A stretch of DNA of 64,000 bases. Source: Candidatus Brocadiia bacterium. Lineage in GTDB: Bacteria; Planctomycetota; Brocadiia; SM23-32. Below the pieces are notes generated by a model. That model did not search any database. It was given only the letters and a program-made list of their open reading frames with translations, and was not told the DNA's origin. The first letter of the stretch is position 1. The number at the start of each line of letters is the position of its first letter. The DNA is taken from the NCBI GenBank assembly GCA_046538485.1, contig JBKHIT010000009.1, positions 42,790 to 106,789 on the forward strand. Reading direction: 5' to 3'. The translations under genes and the position numbers were made by a program. Positions 57,587 to 64,000 of this stretch are shown here, piece by piece.

Positions 57587-58870
57587 TCACTTGCGAAATT
57601 TCTTGCTGACTGTCGTGGCTGTCTGCCGTAATGCCCCGGTTAATTTCGTTTCGTAATCGGGGAGATCCTGCTGCCAGGGACGAAGTTCGAATTCTTCTGG
57701 CGTCTCCTGCGAGCGTGCAATATTGACCAGAATGCCTGATGCCCAGAGTGTTACGAATAAGGAGGAGCCTCCGGCGCTCACGAAAGGGAGGCTCAATCCT
57801 TTTGTGGGAACACAGCCCGTCACGACAGCTATATGAATTATGGCTTGAAGGCCGATAAGAGCGGTGATGCCTGTCGCCAGAATGGTACCGAATACGGAAC
57901 GGCTATTGATTGCGACTGCAAAACCATCCCACATGAACCAGAGAAACGCGCCTATGATGGCTACCGCACCGAGAAAACCGAACTGTTCTGCGATTGTGCT
58001 GAAGATAAAATCGTTGCGTGCCGCCGGCAGAAAACCCATAGCTCCGGCTCCAAGACCCTTTCCAAATATCCCCCCGGATCCTGTGCCAATGAGTGATTGA
58101 ACCAGTTGGTAACCGGTGCCGCGGGCGTTTTCCCAGGGGTGCAGAAAACCTGTGATACGGCGCATTCGATATTCACTTCCCAGAACCAAATGTTGGATCA
58201 GAGGCAGGCATGATGCAGTAAGCAGGATAATATATATAACGCGCGTGCCGGAGAGCAGAAGAACGGTTAGGGTGAGCGCGCCAATAAGACATGCCGTGCC
58301 AAAATCCGGTTCGCCAAGGACGAGTGCGGCGGTTGTCCCGCCGACGACTATTGGCACGCAGAAACCGGGCACGAAAGCTTTTATTTGTGACGTTCCCGAT
58401 TTGCTGCTACGAATGGTTATTTGCCGTTCGCACCAGGCGGCCAGCCAGATGATAAGGGCGACCTTGGCGAATTCGGAAGGTTGAAACCCGAGTGAATGAC
58501 CGATTCGAATCCACCGGCGAGCCCCATTAATTTCTGATCCGATTCCCGGGATGAGAACGGCAACCAGCAGTGCCAGCGTCAGGCCGAACAGGGGAAGGCT
58601 GTGCCGGCGCCACCATTGGTAATTCATCGCGCAACCCAGCACGAAGGCGACAGATCCCACTGACAACCACGCGAGCCGGCGGAGGAGGACACTTGCGAAA
58701 TCGGCGTCGGGCGAAGTGTTGCCTTCGGAACTGGCCACCATGACAAGGCCAAGAAGGGCCAGTCCCGCAATCAGTGTGCCCAATCGATAGCTCGGACGGA
58801 ACCACGCACTGACGGCCTCGGTGGGCTTCGTGGCTCCACTATTTGCTTTTGTGAGCGTCGTCTCTGACAT
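57587..58870 (-). CDS. ftsW: SEDS family peptidoglycan polymerase FtsW
   Basis: NGARRWI, FQPSEFAK, EPDFGT, GYQL.QS, DFIF..IAE, PTKGLSLPFVS.GGSS; ATG 58870. Confidence 0.92.
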   Translation of the reverse strand: MSETTLTKANSGATKPTEAVSAWFRPSYRLGTLIAGLALLGLVMVASSEGNTSPDADFASVLLRRLAWLSVGSVAFVLGCAMNYQWWRRHSLPLFGLTLALLVAVLIPGIGSEINGARRWIRIGHSLGFQPSEFAKVALIIWLAAWCERQITIRSSKSGTSQIKAFVPGFCVPIVVGGTTAALVLGEPDFGTACLIGALTLTVLLLSGTRVIYIILLTASCLPLIQHLVLGSEYRMRRITGFLHPWENARGTGYQLVQSLIGTGSGGIFGKGLGAGAMGFLPAARNDFIFSTIAEQFGFLGAVAIIGAFLWFMWDGFAVAINSRSVFGTILATGITALIGLQAIIHIAVVTGCVPTKGLSLPFVSAGGSSLFVTLWASGILVNIARSQETPEEFELRPWQQDLPDYETKLTGALRQTATTVSKKFRK

Positions 58871-58881
58871 TTGCCAAACCG

Positions 58882-59928
58882 TCACAGGAGAATGGGAACA
58901 GCTGCGAGTAAACCGCCTACAAAACAAAAACGAAGCACGATTCTTTTTTCAGGCCAGCCTTTTTTTTGAAAGATGTGATGAAGCGGAGCGATCGGCAGAA
59001 TGCGCCGACCTGTTGCTTTGAACCAGAGTACCTGCAGGACTGAAGAGCTGAATTCCACGAGGAATAAGAAGGCGAAGAGAGGCAGTAATATTTCGGCATG
59101 CAAAAGCACGGCGGCCAGGCCAAAACTGCCTCCGATTGCGAGCGATCCGGTATCGCCCATGAAAACTTTCGCGGGGTGCCAGTTGAAGCACAGGAAACCG
59201 GCGACTCCTCCGGCCAGGGCCCCGCAAAAGATAATCGCTTCGGCACCGCTATCAGCGGGCGACACTGTCTGGCAAGCAAGCAGAATAAACGGCAGGAAAG
59301 CGGCGAGGGCCAATCCGCCGGCCAGTCCGTCCAATCCGTCGGTTACGTTGACCGCATTGCTCATTGTCGCGACTGCGAGGGCCACCCAAATTGCCGCGAG
59401 GATGGCGCCACCGGCTCCAATCAGCCACCCGAAAGTAGGCCAGGGGAGGCTGCTGGCAATATTTGGGTTTCCGAAGCGATACCAGATGTAACCAGCGACA
59501 GCTCCGATGAAGCCCTGCAGAATGAGCTTATGGCGGACTTTTAAGCCCCGCTCGCGGTGTGCGGTGGCTTGCATTTTCATCCAGTCGTCGATAAAACCCA
59601 TCGATCCGAGAGCGAGATAAACGCCAATCAGAAGCCAGAACGATAGGCTGCCGAAATTCCCCCAGACCAAACAGGTCAGCAGGGTAGCGATTGCGATGAT
59701 AATGCCGCCCATCGTGGGCGTGCCGCTTTTCGCAGCGATCTGGTTCCGGAGTTGTTCGTCTTCGATAGGAGTTTTCTCTGTTTGTTCACCGAATTCATTT
59801 TGTCGAAGCCAGCGTATCACAGGCACTGCAAGGACAAAGGCGATTGTGAAAGACGTGCAAAAAGCCAGGAGTGCCCTCATTTCCAGGCGAGCCAAGAGGT
59901 GGTTAAGCGGATCTATCCAAAGAAGCAT
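58882..59928 (-). CDS. mraY: Phospho-N-acetylmuramoyl-pentapeptide transferase
   Basis: GTPTMGG, GFIDD, NAVNVTDGLDG, VFMGDTGS, APLHH. Confidence 0.96.
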   Translation of the reverse strand: MLLWIDPLNHLLARLEMRALLAFCTSFTIAFVLAVPVIRWLRQNEFGEQTEKTPIEDEQLRNQIAAKSGTPTMGGIIIAIATLLTCLVWGNFGSLSFWLLIGVYLALGSMGFIDDWMKMQATAHRERGLKVRHKLILQGFIGAVAGYIWYRFGNPNIASSLPWPTFGWLIGAGGAILAAIWVALAVATMSNAVNVTDGLDGLAGGLALAAFLPFILLACQTVSPADSGAEAIIFCGALAGGVAGFLCFNWHPAKVFMGDTGSLAIGGSFGLAAVLLHAEILLPLFAFLFLVEFSSSVLQVLWFKATGRRILPIAPLHHIFQKKGWPEKRIVLRFCFVGGLLAAVPILL

Positions 59929-59929
59929 T

Positions 59930-61342
59930 TCAGGCTGCGGCCTCCTTTTTGCCGGAGCTCAAGAACTGTTCAATAGCATTCACAATTTTCTCAAGTTCGA
60001 GGGCGCGCGATCCTTTTACCAGGACCACGTCGCCGGGGGCGACGAGATGAGCCACGAAGAGCCATGCTTTTTCAGGGGCTTCAACGTGCAGAGCTTTCTG
60101 ATCCGTATCGGCGAGGTCGCGCCAGCCAGCCACAAGGTCCCTGGCGTAGGACCCCACGGCGACGAGGACATCAAGCCGGGTAAGTGCCAGAACGCGGCCG
60201 AGTCTGTGATGAAGCTCTTTGGATTTTTCGCCCAGTTCCAGCATATCTCCACAGACTACGATTCGTCTTCTGGGAGCGGGCCGCTGCAGGAAAGATTCCA
60301 GAGCGGCTTTCATGGCCGTTGGATTCGAGTTGTAGCAATCGAGAATGAACTGGATACCGGCCACTTCACGTTTTTCTGACCGCAGATCCGGCAACTGGAA
60401 TCCGGCCAGAGCCTGGATTGCGTCGGATGTCCCAGCACCTGCCCAGCGTGACAGGCAAATAGCCGCTGCCGCGTTCAGCACGTTATGCCGGCCGGGGACG
60501 TTGAGACGAAATTCGCTCCCGCGGGCTCGGAAGAATTGTTTCTCACCTTCTGATCGCACGTCGACCGGCTGCATGTCCGCGGTGCGATGCAGGCCGAAGG
60601 TCTTAACCTCCCCGCTGTAACGGCCTGCCAACGAGCGACATAATGGATCGTCCGCGTTGAGAACAAGACAACCGCCGGGTTTAATGTGTGGGATTAACTC
60701 GGCTTTGGCCTCTTGGACGCCTTGTTTGCTCCCGAGCCCTTCGAGATGGCTTTTTCCAATGCAGGTGATTAATCCGGCGTTGGGGCGAGCAATCGCCGCA
60801 AGTTCATCGATTTCGCCCGGGTGATTTGTGCCGAGTTCCAGAACGACGAAATCCGTTGTTTGGCTGGCGGCCAGCAGAGAAAGGGATACGCCAATACGAT
60901 TGTTGAAACTTTTTGGTGCTGCTGAGCATGACCCGGTTAAGGCGAGAATGGACGCGGTCATGTTTTTAACTGTCGATTTACCACAACTCCCGGTGACCGC
61001 AAGAATTTTGCCTTCGAGGCGGCTCCGGTGCCAGGACGCCAAATCCATCAAGGCTTGTTGTGAATTCGCGACAAGGATCAAAGCGGTGCCATGAGGAAAG
61101 TCCCAGCTTTTGTCGCGGCGTTCCGTGATGACAATTGATGCACCGGATTTGAGGGCGTCTTCCACAAAATCGTGTCCGTCATGATTGGAACCTTTCAATG
61201 CAAGGAAAGCTTCCACGGGGTTTATCGTTCGACTGTCAACGGATATTCCTGATGCAAATACCTCTGGGCGTCCTTTCATGATATGACCGCCGCATGCTTC
61301 ACAGATGTCTTCGGCGGTAAATTTCGCGGATTCGTAGATCAT
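59930..61342 (-). CDS. murF: UDP-MurNAc-tripeptide--D-Ala-D-Ala ligase
   Basis: DSR, VTGSCGKST, SFNN.IG, ELGTNHPGEI, D.YNSNP, GDMLELG, KGSR. Confidence 0.95.
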   Translation of the reverse strand: MIYESAKFTAEDICEACGGHIMKGRPEVFASGISVDSRTINPVEAFLALKGSNHDGHDFVEDALKSGASIVITERRDKSWDFPHGTALILVANSQQALMDLASWHRSRLEGKILAVTGSCGKSTVKNMTASILALTGSCSAAPKSFNNRIGVSLSLLAASQTTDFVVLELGTNHPGEIDELAAIARPNAGLITCIGKSHLEGLGSKQGVQEAKAELIPHIKPGGCLVLNADDPLCRSLAGRYSGEVKTFGLHRTADMQPVDVRSEGEKQFFRARGSEFRLNVPGRHNVLNAAAAICLSRWAGAGTSDAIQALAGFQLPDLRSEKREVAGIQFILDCYNSNPTAMKAALESFLQRPAPRRRIVVCGDMLELGEKSKELHHRLGRVLALTRLDVLVAVGSYARDLVAGWRDLADTDQKALHVEAPEKAWLFVAHLVAPGDVVLVKGSRALELEKIVNAIEQFLSSGKKEAAA

Positions 61343-61382
61343 TTCCTTCCCCTGTGAGTCAAAATAGATGGCATGCGGACGG

Positions 61383-62891
61383 TCACGCTGATTTTCTTTT
61401 CCTTCTCGTTTTTGCCTCGAGTATGTCTCTGGTCACGTCGCGATCATCGAACGGAATTTGACGGTTGCCGAGAATCTGATGTTGTTCACAACCGCGACCG
61501 CAGAGGGCAATAAGATCGTTGTTCCCGGCCATGTTGATCGCTTGTTGAATGGCTTTTCGGCGGTCGGGTTCGGCTGTATATTCTTCTGCGGAACTCTGCA
61601 CCCCGGTCAGAATGTCGTCAATAATATCTTCGGTCTTCTCACTCCGGCTGTTATCGGCGGTGACAATGGTGTAATCAGACAGTTTGGTGGCTATATTGCC
61701 CATGAGAGGCCGTTTTTGAGTTTCGCGATCGCCGCCGCACCCAAAAACGCAGATGAGTCGACCGTCGGTGAGGGGCCGGAGGGTTCGGAGCACTTTTCCC
61801 AGGGCATTGGGAGTATGTGCGTAGTCGACAACCACGACGGGTTCGCCTTCTGCCGCGATTTTTTCAAGGCGTCCCCCAACGCCCGGGAAGTTTGCAACCG
61901 CCATCTGGACCGCTTCAGCGGGGACGCCCAGGAGGAAACCGGCCGTCATGGCTGCGAGGATGTTTTCGCAGTTGTAATCTCCCACGAGTTTGGTCCCCAG
62001 TTTCAAAGCATTGAGCGGAGTGCGGACCAGCATGTTCATTCCGTTGACACTGGCTCTGGTATCAAGGAGCTGAAAATCGGCAAGAGTTTCTCGCCCGTAC
62101 GTCAATGCATTCCCATTTGTAGCCTTTTGATATCGTTCGGCGACGGGCGAATCGGCGTTTAGAACCGCCACTGATTCGGCCGGGAGCTGTTCGAAAAGAA
62201 TCTGCTTTGCCTGGATGTAGGCTTCTTTTGAACCATGGAAGTCGAGATGGTCTTCCGTGACGTTTGTGAGAACCGCCACACCAAAAGGAATATGCGCGGT
62301 TCTTTGGTGGACAAGAGCGTGGCTGCTGACTTCCATGACCATGTGAGTGACTCCGGCCGCTCTTGCCTCAGCAAGCATGGAATGAAGAGCAAGGGGATGG
62401 GGTGTGGTTTGGTCGGCCGGTAGCACTTTATCTCCGAGCCGATATTCGAGCGTCCCGAGCGTCCCGGTTTTGTGGCCGGATTGTTCGAGGATTGCTCTAA
62501 TCAAAGCCGTGGTAGTCGTTTTGCCGTCGGTCCCGGTGACACCAACCATATGGATTTTGTGGGCGGGGTTTCCGTAAAAGCGGCTGGCCAGCGCACTGAG
62601 GGCGAATCGAGTGTCGGGAACCTGTAAAATGGGAACTTCGGTGGGGTCAGCTGGAGGTTCTTCCACAACAAGGGCAGAGGCGCCCCGGCGCAGGGCGTCG
62701 GGAATATATTCGTGTCCGTCGGTCTGTTCGCCGTTGACGGCGACAAACAGGTTTCCAGGCTGTATTGTGCGTGAATCATCGGTGAGTCCGTCGATCACCA
62801 GGTTGTTCCAGGCGGCGCGCTGCTCAACGGCAAGATCAGCTGCGAGTTCCGCAAGCGAAATCTTATTTGGGTTTGTTTTGTGATTTTTCAT
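61383..62891 (-). CDS. murE: UDP-MurNAc-dipeptide--diamino acid ligase
   Basis: VTGTDGKTT, TTP, MEVSSH, DHLDFH, DYAHTP, FGCGGDR, DNSR. Confidence 0.95.
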   Translation of the reverse strand: MKNHKTNPNKISLAELAADLAVEQRAAWNNLVIDGLTDDSRTIQPGNLFVAVNGEQTDGHEYIPDALRRGASALVVEEPPADPTEVPILQVPDTRFALSALASRFYGNPAHKIHMVGVTGTDGKTTTTALIRAILEQSGHKTGTLGTLEYRLGDKVLPADQTTPHPLALHSMLAEARAAGVTHMVMEVSSHALVHQRTAHIPFGVAVLTNVTEDHLDFHGSKEAYIQAKQILFEQLPAESVAVLNADSPVAERYQKATNGNALTYGRETLADFQLLDTRASVNGMNMLVRTPLNALKLGTKLVGDYNCENILAAMTAGFLLGVPAEAVQMAVANFPGVGGRLEKIAAEGEPVVVVDYAHTPNALGKVLRTLRPLTDGRLICVFGCGGDRETQKRPLMGNIATKLSDYTIVTADNSRSEKTEDIIDDILTGVQSSAEEYTAEPDRRKAIQQAINMAGNNDLIALCGRGCEQHQILGNRQIPFDDRDVTRDILEAKTRRKRKSA

Positions 62892-64000
62892 TCAGATGCC
62901 TCCGCGATTGTAGAGCTGGGTTTAGGCGGGATCTCGAGATACCGGAGGGTTTGCCGAAGTATTTCCCGAACGGCTGGCCCGGCGACGGTACCTCCGTAAT
63001 GACTACCTTTTGAAGGGGCTTGCAGGGAGACGAGGACGACGAGTCTCGGGGATTTAGCGGGAGCGAGCCCGATAAAAGATGCAAGGTAACGGTCTTTGCT
63101 GTAGCCCCGTCCGTCTTTTCTGAGGAGTGAGGCAGTGCCAGTCTTACCGGCAACCTTATAGTCGTCGAGTTTGAGGCGACGGCCGGTACCTTCGGATACA
63201 ACGTGCTCCAGAACCTCAAGTACCTGCCAGGCGGCGCGTCGGCTAACCGCCTGCCGAATAACTTCCCTGTCCTGAAACTCGTACACGCACTGATTGTTGT
63301 CGGTTTTCACAATTTTACGGACAATATACGGACGAAGCAGCACCCCGTCGTTTGCAAGTGCAACATAGGCGCATGCTACCGAGAGAGGCGTGGCAGCCAT
63401 CTCCTGGCCGAAGGACACGCTGATGAGACTATGTTTGTTCCACCTTTTGACCGGGCGGATAATGCCGCTAACCTCACCGGGAAGGTGGATGCCGAGCGGA
63501 GAGTCGAAACCGAATCTCCTCAGACCTGTGTGAAACTTGCTGGAGCCGAGCTTAAGGCCGATTTGAGCGGCACCGATATTGCTCGAGTGAATTATGATCT
63601 GGCGAACCGTCAGGTTCTCGTAAGAGTGGACATCGTGCACGGTGCGGGATCCGACTCTCCAGCTCCCTCTATGGCAATCGAACTCGCTGCTGGGGGTGAT
63701 AATTTGTTTATCCAGAGCGATAGCTGCGGTGATCGGTTTCATGATAGAACCGAACTCGTAGGCATCGGTTATGATCCGATTGCGACGGGCAGCGGGGACC
63801 GTTTGAGCCGGGTTGCTGGGGTTGAATTCGGGCCAGTTCACCATGGCCAGAACGGCGGAGGTGCGGGCATCCAGCACGAGCGCCCATGCGGATTCGGGCT
63901 CATGCTTATTGACCTGATGAGCGAGAGCCTGCCGCGCGATATTCTGGATCCAGGAATCAATAGTGAGATAAATGTCATGTCCGTTCTTGGCTTTGCGGAG
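62888..64000 (-). CDS. ftsI: Class B penicillin-binding protein (FtsI/PBP3-like), 5' part outside window
   Basis: SxxK (GSIMKP), SxN (SSNIG), KTG (GKTGTA); directly upstream of murE. Confidence 0.9.
   Translation of the reverse strand, partial: LRKAKNGHDIYLTIDSWIQNIARQALAHQVNKHEPESAWALVLDARTSAVLAMVNWPEFNPSNPAQTVPAARRNRIITDAYEFGSIMKPITAAIALDKQIITPSSEFDCHRGSWRVGSRTVHDVHSYENLTVRQIIIHSSNIGAAQIGLKLGSSKFHTGLRRFGFDSPLGIHLPGEVSGIIRPVKRWNKHSLISVSFGQEMAATPLSVACAYVALANDGVLLRPYIVRKIVKTDNNQCVYEFQDREVIRQAVSRRAAWQVLEVLEHVVSEGTGRRLKLDDYKVAGKTGTASLLRKDGRGYSKDRYLASFIGLAPAKSPRLVVLVSLQAPSKGSHYGGTVAGPAVREILRQTLRYLEIPPKPSSTIAEASE

Noticed and set aside
1..64000. Numerous 60-310 aa ORFs antisense or out of frame to called genes (e.g. 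3488-4210, 20405-21214, 26607-27395, 39363-40292, 44058-44840, 61458-62162)
   Set aside because: They overlap well-supported genes and have no recognisable motifs; these are shadow ORFs.
1..64000. tRNA, rRNA, tmRNA or CRISPR array
   Set aside because: No cloverleaf/T-loop signature, rRNA-like tract or regularly spaced direct repeats seen by eye; a covariance-model scan was not possible.

Overview
Mostly core genome from a ~50% GC bacterium, most likely a Planctomycetota/PVC-type organism. This is an inference from the dcw cluster ending at ftsQ with no ftsA/ftsZ, rimP and rpmD missing from their usual slots, and planctomycete-style HEAT and EndoIII-like proteins. Long acidic tails on NusA and ribosomal proteins suggest a saline habitat. 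Order: end of a sugar ABC transporter; nusA-infB-DUF503-rbfA-EndoIII-like-hisG; an orphan 2-oxoacid dehydrogenase E2; an 80-nt hairpin repeat (2 copies) and a 274-bp MITE at the rodA stop codon; a plant-type galacturonokinase-like kinase; trxA; the S10-spc-alpha ribosomal superoperon (minus strand) with a methyltransferase inserted between rpsM and rpsK; an exported HEAT-repeat protein; lysA; a tightly packed mixed DNA-repair/sugar operon; an orphan 1.4-kaa TagF-TM-coiled-coil-FGE/TagR-like protein; and the dcw cluster. Top observations: (1) all six non-integral-membrane peptidoglycan-precursor enzymes end in a basic-then-Ala(-Ala) C-terminus resembling ClpX degrons, unlike almost every other gene here; (2) the TagF/FGE transmembrane fusion; (3) two plant-like sugar-1-kinases; (4) a RadC with an Fe-S-loop-like N-terminal domain. 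All family calls come from motif recognition by eye, not database searches. I saw no tRNA, rRNA or CRISPR array.
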